A stretch of DNA of 64,000 nt from an uncultured Gammaproteobacteria bacterium (GCA_913031035.1 CAJWGN010000001.1:2923-66922), one strand, 5' to 3'; numbered from the stretch's first letter, positions 31,385 through 41,643 are shown. Numbers and translations are program-made. Notes: generated by a model from the sequence alone, not told the origin.

Positions 31385-32353
31385 TCATTTATTTTTGCTT
31401 AGCGCCTTGATCAGCTTCTCAGTGCTTGCTAATAGCTTCGCGTCTTCAGTAAATTCCTTCTTGAGCTTGCCTACGGTAGTGGATACTGTTCCATAGCGCT
31501 TTAACTTAAACAGTTTTGCAATGGACTGAAGGGTCACAGCAGACAATTCTTGGCATAGGTACATCGCTACCCATCTTGGCACGTTCTTAGAACCGGGCCC
31601 GCGAGCGGCCTTGTAGATACTGTCTTCTGATACTTTAAAGTGTTTGGCTACCGCGGTGATAATTTCTTTGCACGACGGGCGCCACTTGGCATTAGCGCCG
31701 CGCGAAACACCTCTTGCAGCAGTTGCCGACTTTTTCTTAGAAGCCGCTTTCTTAAATTTGTCATCGCCCATTATGGAAGAAAGGTTCTTTTTTCCATAAA
31801 AATGAGCTAATTCTTCATCAACCCCCTCCGAAACATAGCTCTGATAGGCTGCAGCATATTTGGTTGCCGGCGAATTAAGCTGCTTTAGAGTTTCATCTCT
31901 ATTAAACCATACCGGAGGTTTAGCTTTTTGAATGAGCTTGGCATAGCTGCTCCAAGGATAGGTATCGAGCTGGGATGGCTTGACTTTGCTATGTATAAAA
32001 CGTGATAGAGGCAATAAACAATTATCAGCCTGAACTAGAACCGCTTTATAACGACCTTTAAAAAGTGAGCCATTTGACTTTTTCATGCGCTGAAATTGTT
32101 GAGTGTAAAGACCATCTACCTGTCGCATAAACCGGCTTAAGTTGGCTTCAGGCGTCTTTATGACCAAATGATATTGATCTCGTAACAGGCAATATGAATG
32201 AACTTCAACATTTAGCCGCGAGCACGTTTCAATTAGGCCTTCGATAAAAGCTTCAAAATATTGAGCTGATGGAAACACGCGTTGAGTGCCAACACCATAG
32301 TTTGAAACATGATACATGGCATCGGGATATTCGATTCGTAGTGGTCTGGCCAT
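31385..32353 (-). CDS. Y1 (IS200/RAYT-like) transposase-fold domain fused to a DnaA-C-type HTH domain; probably domesticated or inactive
   Basis: The N-terminus MARPLRIEYPDAMYHVSNYG...VEVHSYCLLRDQYHLVIKTPEANLSRFMRQV...FKGRYKAVLV follows the Y1_Tnp pattern. The C-terminus ...IYKAARGPGSKNVPRWVAMYLCQELSAVTLQSIAKLFKLKRYGTVSTTVGKLKKE follows the DnaA domain IV pattern. Confidence 0.65.
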   Translation of the reverse strand: MARPLRIEYPDAMYHVSNYGVGTQRVFPSAQYFEAFIEGLIETCSRLNVEVHSYCLLRDQYHLVIKTPEANLSRFMRQVDGLYTQQFQRMKKSNGSLFKGRYKAVLVQADNCLLPLSRFIHSKVKPSQLDTYPWSSYAKLIQKAKPPVWFNRDETLKQLNSPATKYAAAYQSYVSEGVDEELAHFYGKKNLSSIMGDDKFKKAASKKKSATAARGVSRGANAKWRPSCKEIITAVAKHFKVSEDSIYKAARGPGSKNVPRWVAMYLCQELSAVTLQSIAKLFKLKRYGTVSTTVGKLKKEFTEDAKLLASTEKLIKALSKNK

Positions 32354-32528
32354 CGTTTATTCTCTTTATAATTATTGTATAAATAAATGTGGATAGAATT
32401 ACAGTTGACCCTATCTAGATCTAACGTATGAATATCGTAATTGTAAACTAAGGTCAACGACAAAAATATTGTTGCACCTCAATTTGATCCGAAAGAATGG
32501 GAGTTGTTAGTGATGTGTCACTGCGGGA

Positions 32529-33491
32529 TTATGGCTTTGTCGCTGTAATCACCGCGCGCTTAGGTGCTGGGTATCCCTCAATCGTTTTTGAAGGATCGTC
32601 AGGCAACAGTGCGTTATCGAGAGAGTCGAAAGGCATCCATTGGGTTTTGCGCTGTTCATTCCAACTGGTTGTGCTTTCGTCAACTAGCTTAACATCAACG
32701 TATCCGCATCTGACAAGCCAATTCATGAGCGTGGGAATGCTAGGTAGGAACCACACATTGGTCATCCGAGCATAGCGCTTTCCAGGAGTTAGGCTATAGC
32801 CTTCTTCTCCATCGACAATTATTGACTCAATAACTAGCTGCCCGCCGCGGCTAAGGCAAGATTTCAGTTGCATCAAGTGATCAATTGGAGAGCGTCTGTG
32901 ATAAATCACGCCCATTGAGAAGACCGTATCGAACAAGGGAAGCGAACTTGGGATTTGCTCCAGGGTGAGAGGCAGCACATAGGCATCGATGTGGGGAATG
33001 TACTTCTTAAGTAGCCAGAACTGGATCACGTAAGCTAGATGAGGATCAATTCCTATCACTTGCTTGGCGCCGGCTTCGATCATTCTTAAACTATAGTAAC
33101 CATTACCGCTACCAACATCGAGAACTTGGCGGTCATTTAACGGCGCGATTTCATCTTGCAATCGAGTCCATTTCAAATTCGACTGCCACTCGGTGTCCAG
33201 CTCGATGCCAAACAGATTAAAAGGTCCTTTTCGCCAGGGAATAAACTCGGTAAGGATCGAGTTTAAAGCGGCCAGGTCTGCGCTGTTGGCATCCGAACTG
33301 CTGCCAATGGTTATTATACCTCCAAGGTCAATTGAGCTCGGAGTTAGGTCAGGTGCGTTTTCGATAGTTTGAAGCCATCGTTTTAGGTCGCCATGATTTA
33401 AATTAGCGATAAAGCTCTCTTCTAAAAAGGGTAGTAGCGGAGCTAGGGCGCTGTTGCGGATATTATTCGCTAAGTTTTGTAAGTCTTTCAT
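32529..33491 (-). CDS. cmoB: tRNA U34 carboxymethyltransferase CmoB
   Basis: Has WRKGPF.LFGI.IDTEW.S..KW, the SAM motif VLDVGSGNGYY, and a position just downstream of cmoA. The start is set at MKDLQ (33491), 4 nt after the cmoA stop. Confidence 0.9.
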   Translation of the reverse strand: MKDLQNLANNIRNSALAPLLPFLEESFIANLNHGDLKRWLQTIENAPDLTPSSIDLGGIITIGSSSDANSADLAALNSILTEFIPWRKGPFNLFGIELDTEWQSNLKWTRLQDEIAPLNDRQVLDVGSGNGYYSLRMIEAGAKQVIGIDPHLAYVIQFWLLKKYIPHIDAYVLPLTLEQIPSSLPLFDTVFSMGVIYHRRSPIDHLMQLKSCLSRGGQLVIESIIVDGEEGYSLTPGKRYARMTNVWFLPSIPTLMNWLVRCGYVDVKLVDESTTSWNEQRKTQWMPFDSLDNALLPDDPSKTIEGYPAPKRAVITATKP

Positions 33492-33495
33492 AGGA

Positions 33496-34236
33496 TTATT
33501 TAAACGCAACCATAGAGGCAAAGTTGAAACATTGAAACCAAGCATCAAACGAGTGAAAACCAATATCATTGAGGCGTGATCGGTGAGAATCGAGACTTTC
33601 AGGTATTAGTACGTTTTCCAGAGCCGTTCGTTTCTGGCTGATCTCAAGTTTACTGTATCCCATACTTTCCTTAAAAGAATGGTACATCTCAATGAAAAGC
33701 TGATTAAGTGTTTCATCAGGGAAAATAATTTTTTCTGAAATGATTAGAATCGCGCCTGGCCTCATACCCTCGTAGATTTTTTGCAGCAACCCAATACGGT
33801 CCGCCATGGGAATAAATTGAAGGGTAAAGTTAAGTACAACAACCGAGGCATTTTCGATTGGGAAGGTCAGTATGTCACTACAGTGGCAATTGATCACCGC
33901 ATCCATCGTTGGGTCCAATGCTACTCGTTTCTTTAGCCTCGAAACCATGGCTTCTGAATTGTCTAAAGCTTCAATGGAGCAGTTCTGTTTTTCAAGTTTG
34001 GACGCCATGGCAAAGGTAGCTCCACCTAAGCTGCAGCCTAGATCAAAGAGTTTAGAGTCCGTTTGGCTATAGCGCTGTGCTAAGACTCCAATCATATTGA
34101 TAATCGTGCTGTAGCCGGGAACGGAGCGGTTAATCATATCCTCGAAAACCCCCGCTACGTTATCATCAAAAGCGAAGTCGCCGGCTGCCATTTGTTTTGC
34201 AAAAATACGATCTTTGGTTGGTGTAGGATTAGTCAT
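33496..34236 (-). CDS. cmoA: Carboxy-S-adenosyl-L-methionine synthase CmoA
   Basis: Has DF.FD..VA.VF.DMI.RSVPGY and LGCSLG. It forms a cmoA-cmoB pair. Confidence 0.9.
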   Translation of the reverse strand: MTNPTPTKDRIFAKQMAAGDFAFDDNVAGVFEDMINRSVPGYSTIINMIGVLAQRYSQTDSKLFDLGCSLGGATFAMASKLEKQNCSIEALDNSEAMVSRLKKRVALDPTMDAVINCHCSDILTFPIENASVVVLNFTLQFIPMADRIGLLQKIYEGMRPGAILIISEKIIFPDETLNQLFIEMYHSFKESMGYSKLEISQKRTALENVLIPESLDSHRSRLNDIGFHSFDAWFQCFNFASMVAFK

Positions 34237-34239
34237 TTG

Positions 34240-34848
34240 ATGAAGTCCGATACTAAATTAGTAGTATCCAAGGTGTGCGTGTGTAGACTAGCCATTATCC
34301 GTAAATTCTTGGCACATTCAATGGCTCATGCTGCTAGCTTATTGGTCGAAAACCTAGATCCACTGAAACAGCTTTCAATGAACTACGGTGTATTGGATTT
34401 AGCCTGCGGCTGTGGCCGCAACGGCCTTGAACTGGCGAAGTACGATATCCCCGTCACTTTCGCTGATTGCGATGAAGTGAAACTAAGCGCTATCTCTGCA
34501 ACGCTCGAGCAGGAGAAATTGCTTGGGAATGCTTGGCTGGTTGATTTAGAAAAATCAGAATCTGATCCATTGGCTCAAAAGAAGTTTGATGCTTGCCTTG
34601 TATTCAACTATTTATACCGTCCAGGTCTTGAGTCGATAAGGGACGCGGTTATCTCCGGTGGGCTGATTTACTATGAAACATTTACGTTGGATAATCGGCA
34701 ATTTGGGCGGCCCAATAATTTGTCCTATCTTCTTTTTCCAAATGAGCTTAAAGATGTATTTAAAGGTTGGGAAATTTTGCACTATTTTGAAGGCGAGCTA
34801 TGTTCGCCTAGGCGAGCTGTTGCGAATATCATTGCAAGAAAACCTTGA
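34240..34848 (+). CDS. Class I SAM-dependent methyltransferase (TehB-like size)
   Basis: Has motif I VLDLACGCGRNG and an acidic post-I FADCD. The start was chosen at ATG 34240, divergent from cmoA. The track start at 34192 would overlap the cmoA 5' end. Confidence 0.65.
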   Translation: MKSDTKLVVSKVCVCRLAIIRKFLAHSMAHAASLLVENLDPLKQLSMNYGVLDLACGCGRNGLELAKYDIPVTFADCDEVKLSAISATLEQEKLLGNAWLVDLEKSESDPLAQKKFDACLVFNYLYRPGLESIRDAVISGGLIYYETFTLDNRQFGRPNNLSYLLFPNELKDVFKGWEILHYFEGELCSPRRAVANIIARKP

Positions 34849-34860
34849 TGGGGCAGCTAT

Positions 34861-35586
34861 ATGTCAAAAATAGTCCCTCTAAATATTAGCTCGGGAAGTA
34901 ACCAAGCTCGTCCACCTTTCGAATGTGAAATTCAACGCAGCAAACGCAAAACTTTGGGGATCTATATCTCTCATGAGAAGGTGGTTGTACGTTGTCCCTA
35001 TGGAGCTGGTAAGCGTGAGGTCGCTAAGTTTGTTAGCGATAACAGGGAATGGATAGAGAACCGGCTCTTCGAGGAGTCACTAAGAGATAAAGAATTACTG
35101 CGAGTAGAGAAAGGCGGAAAAATCTTTTACCGGGCTAGAGAGCTGACAATCGTTTTCAAAGAAGGGCAGAAACAGCGAGTTCTAGTTTCAGGCGATCAAT
35201 TTGTCATTCAAGGCCATAAGCTTAACACTGAAAAAGCTCAGAAACAGGTTGAGGAGTTCCTGATAAAAAAAGCCAGCGACTATCTAATTCCTCGCGCTAA
35301 GGGTCTCGCCGAACATTTGGGAGTGGGTCATAAAATTACTCAAATTAAGCTTCGTAAGACGAAGACAAAATGGGGTCACTGCACTTCCACCGGAATCCTT
35401 CAATACAACTGGATGATCATGTTGGCGCCCTACAGCATTATAGATTACATGATCACTCATGAAGTCTGCCATTTGGTCCATATGGATCACTCGAGCAGGT
35501 TCTGGGGTTTGGTTGAGTCAGTTTGCCCAAACCACAAAGAATACGTGAAATGGCTTAAAGACCATGAGCACCGCTTCTGGTTTTAG
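34861..35586 (+). CDS. YgjP-like M48/DUF45 metal-dependent hydrolase
   Basis: Has W..CS..G.I..NW and the zincin motif ITHEVCHLVHMDHSSRFW. Confidence 0.85.
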   Translation: MSKIVPLNISSGSNQARPPFECEIQRSKRKTLGIYISHEKVVVRCPYGAGKREVAKFVSDNREWIENRLFEESLRDKELLRVEKGGKIFYRARELTIVFKEGQKQRVLVSGDQFVIQGHKLNTEKAQKQVEEFLIKKASDYLIPRAKGLAEHLGVGHKITQIKLRKTKTKWGHCTSTGILQYNWMIMLAPYSIIDYMITHEVCHLVHMDHSSRFWGLVESVCPNHKEYVKWLKDHEHRFWF

Positions 35587-36278
35587 GTTAAACGTTTAAA
35601 CAGTAAGTCCCATACGCCGTGGCCTAACTTTATTCCGCGCCGCTCAAATTTCGTTTCTGGCCTATCGGGTGTTTTCCAATTGCCCTGCAGGCCCATGTTA
35701 TTTTCGAATCCCTCGGCGTCACTCATGACTTCCATCATATGGTCAGCGTAGTGTTCCCAGTCGGTGGCTAAATGAATTTCAGCGCCGATTTTTAGACGCG
35801 ACCGAGCTAGTTGAACAAATTGGCTTTGGATAAGTCGCCGTTTATTGTGTCGTTTTTTGTGCCAAGGGTCAGGAAAGTAAATCAGCAACCGGTCTATAGA
35901 TTCGATGGCCAAGCCAACCTCCAATACTTCAACGGCGTCATGACTGACTATTTTAAGATTTTTGATTCCACTCTCTTCGATCCCGTGAAGAAGCTTGCCA
36001 ACGCCAGGTCGATGAACCTCCATCCCCAAAAAGTTTGCGTTAGGTTGCGCTATCGCCATTTCGAGTAAGGAATCCCCCATCCCAAAACCAATTTCCACAG
36101 TGACGGGATTTTGGTTTGGGAAGATTTCGTTTAAGTCCAACAATTCATTCTGGAAAGGAACAACGTAGCCTTCCCACAAAGTATCAAGTGCTTTCTGTTG
36201 GGCGGCGGTAAGCCTACTAGCTCTGATGACAAAGCTTCTAAGCGGGCGGTTATGGTCGGGGTGTTCGATATCGGTCAC
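35583..36278 (-). CDS. trmB: tRNA (guanine46-N7)-methyltransferase
   Basis: Has VEIGFGMGDSL, FPDPWHKKRHNKRR and ATDWE.YA motifs. The 3' end overlaps the convergent ygjP-like gene by 4 nt. Confidence 0.92.
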   Translation of the reverse strand: MTDIEHPDHNRPLRSFVIRASRLTAAQQKALDTLWEGYVVPFQNELLDLNEIFPNQNPVTVEIGFGMGDSLLEMAIAQPNANFLGMEVHRPGVGKLLHGIEESGIKNLKIVSHDAVEVLEVGLAIESIDRLLIYFPDPWHKKRHNKRRLIQSQFVQLARSRLKIGAEIHLATDWEHYADHMMEVMSDAEGFENNMGLQGNWKTPDRPETKFERRGIKLGHGVWDLLFKRLT

Positions 36279-36467
36279 GGGATTGAGTTACCAGTAGGTC
36301 AGTTAGGGAAAACTTATTGTATATGCGTTCATTGCTCACTAATCGCTTAGAAATTGTGCAAGAAATTGCCCCAGAAAAAAGTATAGCCAGTGACAGAGGT
36401 TGCACTTGCACTGGGGTGCTTAGCTAGGCGCTTTGCTGGAAAAACCTATCAGTTTAGCTTCCCCTAT

Positions 36468-36502
36468 AGTTCTTCCAACAGTTCTTCCAACAGTTCTCCC
36501 GC
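36468..36502. repeat. 12-bp tandem repeat AGTTCTTCCAAC x2 plus a degenerate third unit
   Basis: Read directly: agttcttccaac agttcttccaac agttctcccgc. It lies immediately 3' of the DUF423 gene. Confidence 0.8.
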
Positions 36503-36505
36503 TGT

Positions 36506-36889
36506 CTAGAGTGGAAGTCGGGTACTGAGGGCAAACCAACATAAGCAGCCCCAGGCAATAAGAAAGCAAACGCCACCGATAGGTGTGATTGCGCCTAGCC
36601 AGCGAATACCGGTAATGCTGAGAATATAAAGGCTGCCAGAAAAAAACAAGATTCCAGCAATTAACATGTAGCCGCCAATTTTAAGTGGCATGCTATTTGG
36701 CGCGTGCAAAGTCAGAATAGCTATACCGAAAAGCGCCAGACTATGGGTTATATGGTATTGGACACCCGTTTGAAATGTCGTCAGAAGATCGGCTTCAATG
36801 ATGTTTTTTAAGGCGTGAGCAGCGAAAGCGCCCAACGCAACAGACAGAAAGCCGTTAATTGCAGCAGCAAGTATAAAGATATTAGTCAT
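36506..36889 (-). CDS. DUF423 (YgdD-like) inner-membrane protein
   Basis: 127 aa with 4 TM segments. GAFAAHAL... and ...H.LALF.. are typical of DUF423. Confidence 0.85.
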   Translation of the reverse strand: MTNIFILAAAINGFLSVALGAFAAHALKNIIEADLLTTFQTGVQYHITHSLALFGIAILTLHAPNSMPLKIGGYMLIAGILFFSGSLYILSITGIRWLGAITPIGGVCFLIAWGCLCWFALSTRLPL

Positions 36890-36949
36890 AGGGAAGGCAT
36901 TTTGAACCGCTTCGTTTACGAAGCATGAATAGAGAGATGATTTTCTGAC

Positions 36950-36978
36950 AAAAAAAAGCCGCGAGACTATCGCGGCTT
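36950..36978 (-). terminator. Rho-independent terminator downstream of rpoH
   Basis: On the minus strand, AGCCGCGA-tagtc-TCGCGGCT is followed by T8. On the plus strand this reads aaaaaaaAGCCGCGAgactaTCGCGGCT. Confidence 0.8.
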
Positions 36979-36993
36979 TACGTAAACAAAAAC

Positions 36994-37887
36994 TTACGCT
37001 TGCATCTTTGCTTTGATTTTATTCATAGCATTTTTCTCAAGCTGTCTAATGCGCTCGGCCGACACACTGTAGCGATCCGCCAACTCATGAAGAGTTGCCT
37101 TGTCGTCGGTCAACCAGCGACTTTGCAAGATATCTTTGCTGCGATGATCAAGTCCTGACATAGCGCTGTGCAGGCTTTGGCTCGTAATTTCTCCCCATTG
37201 GTCTTCCTCGACCCCGGTAGCTAAATCAGAGCTTTGATCCTCTAAATAGTAGGCTGGAGCTCTATATACGGCGTCATCATCGCTGTCAGACTCGGCATCG
37301 AACGAGGTATCGTAACCGCTCATTCGGCCTTCCATTTGCCTAACAACTTTGGCGTCTACTCCCAAATCATCCGCAACAGCTTGGGCCTCGACGTTATTTA
37401 GCCAGCCTAGGCGTTTCTTTGAGCTGCGTAGATTAAAAAACAATTTCCGCTGAGACTTGGTTGTTGCAACCTTGACTATGCGCCAGTTGCGCAAGATAAA
37501 CTCGTGCATCTCAGCTTTTATCCAGTGCACGGCAAAGGATACTAACCTAACCCCAAACTCGGGATTGAAGCGCTTCACAGCCTTCATCAAGCCAACATTG
37601 CCTTCTTGTATTAAATCGGCCTGTGACAAACCATAGCCAGAGAAAGTTTTTGCCATGTGCACAACAAACCGAAGATGCGCCATAACCAATTGGCGAGCGG
37701 CGTCGACGTTGTCTTCATAATAATACTGATTGGCCAATTCCCGTTCAAATTCAGGAGTGAGCACGGCGATACTATTTACCGAAGCAATATAGGCGGTGAG
37801 ATCGCGACCCGGAGTGGTAGGGTCAATAACCTGTAAATTCTTTAAAGTATTCATAGTCAATTTACTGTTTACCAACTTGTTTGACAA
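36994..37887 (-). CDS. rpoH: RNA polymerase sigma-32 factor
   Basis: [84 protein letters not shown] includes the RpoH box. The 5' end is uncertain: TTG at 37887 or ATG at 37854. Confidence 0.93.
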   Translation of the reverse strand: MSNKLVNSKLTMNTLKNLQVIDPTTPGRDLTAYIASVNSIAVLTPEFERELANQYYYEDNVDAARQLVMAHLRFVVHMAKTFSGYGLSQADLIQEGNVGLMKAVKRFNPEFGVRLVSFAVHWIKAEMHEFILRNWRIVKVATTKSQRKLFFNLRSSKKRLGWLNNVEAQAVADDLGVDAKVVRQMEGRMSGYDTSFDAESDSDDDAVYRAPAYYLEDQSSDLATGVEEDQWGEITSQSLHSAMSGLDHRSKDILQSRWLTDDKATLHELADRYSVSAERIRQLEKNAMNKIKAKMQA

Positions 37888-38145
37888 AGTGGCTTAAAGG
37901 CGCGTTTCGATCACGAGTTTAAGCACGTTAGTCGATTAACTTAAAGTACAGATGATAGCATTTATTGCTTCATTTAGCCATCTGGAGGCAAAAATGTCGA
38001 TTCCGGAGCTCTAAATCTGTTTTTGTCTTTCAATACCTGTAGACCACTAAGATCAACGTTTAGTTCTCGGGCTAAGGGTAATTATTGTGATTATTTTTAA
38101 AAAAACAATGGTATTCATCAACTAAAGAGCTTTTTCCTCTCAATT

Positions 38146-39081
38146 TTAGGGCTCTAGCTTCAGAATTTCTTGATATGCGGAGACTCCGGCTGCCAGCAAG
38201 CCAGTAAAGCTGCTTGCTAATAACAAAAACAAAAGCCACGTAAACCCTAGGCTAAAGTCGACCTGCGCAGGCAAGGATGCATTGTATTTCAACAAAAATT
38301 CGTCAATTAAGCTGCCAAACGCAGCGATAATCGCAAACTGCAGAATAAATGCTAAAACTGCCACAAAAAACCCATAGGCTAAGCCGCTATAAAGAAAAGG
38401 CCTCAAAATAAAGGTGTCTGGAGCGCCAATGAGCTTTAACACTCGAATTTCATCTTCTGATTGCTGGACGATAAGTTTTGTCGTGTTGACTATTACTAAA
38501 AAGAAGCCCAAAAGCGCTGCTAGTCCGATTAAAAGGCCGAATTTTTTTATTAGCTGCGTGAATCCCTGCAGTCGTCTAATCCATTGGGCATCGAGCTGCA
38601 CTAGATCAATTTCTGGGAATGCGCCCAGTTCAACAGCTAGCCTCTCAAGCTGTGTGAAGTCTAACTGTAGAGCCGATATAATCAATGCATCAGGGAGCGG
38701 GTTGCTTTCGAGTTCTCCTAGCAGATCACCAAAACCACTAATGTTAGCGAACTCTGCAAAGGCGCTCTCTTTTGGCACTACTTCAACTACTCCTATGTCT
38801 TCCCGTGCTAGTAAGCGCTTACTTACAACCCCCATCATTGCCTCATCACTTGTGTCTATTAGATAAGCGGTTAGACGAGGGCTGTTTGAATAGGGGTCTA
38901 ACGCCTGTGTTAAGCCAGAACTTATCGTCAACAATAAAATAGGCACTAACAAGGTTGTGGCTATAGCCAGCAAAGTCGAGAGCGTGGCAATCGGGCGAGT
39001 TAACATTCCCTGCCATGCTTGCCTCAAATCAACCACATGTTGTTGCAGTCGATTAGATGGCGCGGAGAATGTTGATGTCAT
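38146..39081 (-). CDS. ftsX: Cell division permease-like protein FtsX
   Basis: 311 aa with 4 TM segments and a periplasmic loop. It overlaps ftsE by 4 bp. Confidence 0.9.
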   Translation of the reverse strand: MTSTFSAPSNRLQQHVVDLRQAWQGMLTRPIATLSTLLAIATTLLVPILLLTISSGLTQALDPYSNSPRLTAYLIDTSDEAMMGVVSKRLLAREDIGVVEVVPKESAFAEFANISGFGDLLGELESNPLPDALIISALQLDFTQLERLAVELGAFPEIDLVQLDAQWIRRLQGFTQLIKKFGLLIGLAALLGFFLVIVNTTKLIVQQSEDEIRVLKLIGAPDTFILRPFLYSGLAYGFFVAVLAFILQFAIIAAFGSLIDEFLLKYNASLPAQVDFSLGFTWLLFLLLASSFTGLLAAGVSAYQEILKLEP

Positions 39082-39731
39082 TTTAGCAGCCGTCCGTTTT
39101 CTAGTACTAGAGTTCGGCAGCCCATTGCGTTTACTAAATTGATGTCATGGCTGGCTATTAGTAAAGCAACGCCTACTTTTTGAAACTGCTGAAAAACCTG
39201 CATAATATCCGCCGATAGATCGGGGTCTAAGTTGCCGGTGGGTTCATCGGCTAGAATTATGCTGGGACGATTTACTACCGCGCGAGCAATTCCAACTCGC
39301 TGTTGTTCGCCGCTAGAGAGCATCGGTGGGAAGTAGGAGGCTTTGCTTAACAAGCCAACTTTATCTAATGCAGCCCGAACTCGACGGTCCGCTTCGAATT
39401 TAGGGAAATTGCTTATTTTCAGAGGCAATGCAACATTGTCAGCTACGGTTTGCCGCGTTAACAATTGATGATCCTGAAAAACAGTGCCTATTCGCTGTCG
39501 GAGTTTCGGAATTTGCCTCCGGGATAGGTCTTTCAAACTCAAGTCCGCAACGCAAATGTTGCCGCTGCTAACTGACTCTAACGCTAGAATGAGTTTTAAC
39601 AGGGTGCTCTTGCCGGCACCTGAATGGCCAGTGACAAAGACAAGCTCGCCCTTTTCAACGCTAAAACTGACATCCGACAATGCTTCAAAGCCTCCTGGGT
39701 AGCGCTTGAAGACTTTTTCAAATTTAATCAT
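39078..39731 (-). CDS. ftsE: Cell division ATP-binding protein FtsE
   Basis: Has Walker [10 protein letters not shown], the ABC signature LSSGEQQRV and Walker [12 protein letters not shown]. Confidence 0.93.
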   Translation of the reverse strand: MIKFEKVFKRYPGGFEALSDVSFSVEKGELVFVTGHSGAGKSTLLKLILALESVSSGNICVADLSLKDLSRRQIPKLRQRIGTVFQDHQLLTRQTVADNVALPLKISNFPKFEADRRVRAALDKVGLLSKASYFPPMLSSGEQQRVGIARAVVNRPSIILADEPTGNLDPDLSADIMQVFQQFQKVGVALLIASHDINLVNAMGCRTLVLENGRLLK

Positions 39732-40729
39732 TTACTGAACAATGCATCAATGAAGGACGCAGCTGAAAAAGGCCTTAAGTCGTCTACTTGCTCCCCGATA
39801 CCAATAAATCTAATGGGAATGCCGAGTTTTTTGGCCAGAGCAAAGACTACTCCACCTTTGGCTGTGCCATCGAGTTTGGTAAGAGCGATGCCAGACAATT
39901 TTGCAGTTTTATTAAAGCTTTCTGCTTGATTTACCGCATTCTGACCAGTCGTTGCGTCTAGGACGAGCAGTGTTTCATGTGGCAGAGATGAATCCTGCTT
40001 CTTCAATACCCGGACAATTTTCTCTAATTCATTCATTAGATTGTCTTTAGTGTGCAACCTGCCGGCAGTGTCAGCAATCAGAATATCGGTTTGTTTAGCC
40101 TTGGCTGATTGGTAGGCATCAAAAATCACTGACGCACTGTCAGCCCCAGTCGCCTGAGCAACAACTGGCACGTTATTGCGCTCGCCCCAAACTTCAAGTT
40201 GCTCGACAGCAGCGGCACGGAAAGTATCGCCTGCGGCTAACATTACAGTTTGACCGTCTGTCTGAAACTTCTTTGCTAACTTGCCTATCGTTGTGGTTTT
40301 TCCAACACCGTTGACCCCAACCACAAGGATGACAAAGGGCTTTGTATCGCTGAGCGTGACCAATGGAATATCACAGGGCTTAAGAATGTTAAGCAATTCA
40401 TCTTTCAAGCTTTTTAGAAACTGTTCTGGCTCTGCGAGCTGAGACCGGCTTAGGCCTTGTTTTAAGCTTGCTACCACCTGATCGGTGGCCTCTATTCCCA
40501 CATCTGCCACAAGCAGCTGTGTTTCGATGTCCTCCAAAAGGTTGGCATCGATGACCTTTTCGCCTAGCACTAAGCTCGATATTCCCTCACTTAATCTGCC
40601 GCGGGTTCGACTTAGGCCATTCTGGAGACGTGCAAAGAAGCCACCTTCAGTTTTCTCAGTTTCAACTGAGGCCTTTTGTTCAGGCGCTGGGGGCTCGAGG
40701 GGTTTGTCTTTTTTACCGAAACCAAACAT
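39728..40729 (-). CDS. ftsY: Signal recognition particle receptor FtsY
   Basis: Has the SRP GTPase motifs GVNGVGKTTT, DTAGR and TKLDGTAKGG. It sits in the ftsY-ftsE-ftsX order. Confidence 0.93.
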   Translation of the reverse strand: MFGFGKKDKPLEPPAPEQKASVETEKTEGGFFARLQNGLSRTRGRLSEGISSLVLGEKVIDANLLEDIETQLLVADVGIEATDQVVASLKQGLSRSQLAEPEQFLKSLKDELLNILKPCDIPLVTLSDTKPFVILVVGVNGVGKTTTIGKLAKKFQTDGQTVMLAAGDTFRAAAVEQLEVWGERNNVPVVAQATGADSASVIFDAYQSAKAKQTDILIADTAGRLHTKDNLMNELEKIVRVLKKQDSSLPHETLLVLDATTGQNAVNQAESFNKTAKLSGIALTKLDGTAKGGVVFALAKKLGIPIRFIGIGEQVDDLRPFSAASFIDALFSK

Positions 40730-41062
40730 AAGGGAAGCAAAATAATTAGAGGATTACAGCCCTTAGCTTACCACACACTGGCAGCCCAATTGCACAGCCC
40801 TGTTGTGTCGCTAGCTTAACTAGATAAGACACATAGCCAAATCGGGTGCGAAATTAACTGGACGAGCCGTAACGGAGGAACATGCCCCAAAATCGATTCT
40901 CCCAAGCGTGCAGCTTACCCATATCGTTCAATGATGCGATCGAAGAGCAGCTCACTCGCCAGATTACTGAGAGTCACATTGAACACCAAGCAAAAGTAAT
41001 GTCAAAAGTGATGATAAGATAAGCGCTCCAAAAATAGACCTGACTCGATTAATTCAATTGAA

Positions 41063-41632
41063 ATGAAAACGCTTAACAACAGTATTCGTATCATCGGCGG
41101 GGATTTACGAAGCCGAAAAATAGATTTTCCGACGATTGCAGGTCTACGACCTACATCAGACAGGGTTCGGGAAACCTTATTTAACTGGATTCAAATGGAC
41201 CTAGCTGGAAATAACTGCTTAGACTTATTTGCAGGTAGTGGTGCTCTGGGAATTGAATCGTTATCAAGAGGTGCCAGTTATGTCACATTCATTGAGTCAA
41301 ACCAAACGGCTGCAAACTCGATTCAAGAAAATCTCAAGCGACTGGACTTAAGTGAAGGGCATGTGGTTTGCAATGATGCGCTCGCCTGGATTAATAGTCA
41401 GGATTTGCCAACTAAAAAATATGACGTGGTATTTCTAGACCCACCATTTTCTTCAACCATTCTTGCGGCCACCTGCCAACATCTAGATAGCAGAAGTTTA
41501 TTGAACCAAGCCTGTAAGATCTATATTGAAACTGGGATAGATCCAAATAGCCTGAATTTCCCCCAAGGATGGCGAAGGCTAAAACTGAAAAAAGCCGGTC
41601 AGGTATTTTCTAGCCTGTTTCTCAAAGACTAG
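41063..41632 (+). CDS. rsmD: 16S rRNA (guanine966-N2)-methyltransferase
   Basis: Has IIGG..R.R.I......LRPT.DRVRETLFNW, DLFAGSGALG.E.LSRGA and DPPF. Confidence 0.9.
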   Translation: MKTLNNSIRIIGGDLRSRKIDFPTIAGLRPTSDRVRETLFNWIQMDLAGNNCLDLFAGSGALGIESLSRGASYVTFIESNQTAANSIQENLKRLDLSEGHVVCNDALAWINSQDLPTKKYDVVFLDPPFSSTILAATCQHLDSRSLLNQACKIYIETGIDPNSLNFPQGWRRLKLKKAGQVFSSLFLKD

Positions 41633-41643
41633 GATATTTATGC

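Noticed and set aside
36468-36502. 12-bp tandem repeat considered as a possible regulatory or phase-variable element
   Set aside because: It has only 2.9 units, lies 3' of a gene and outside coding sequence, and has no obvious hairpin. It is kept as a repeat feature but is not considered biologically notable without population data.
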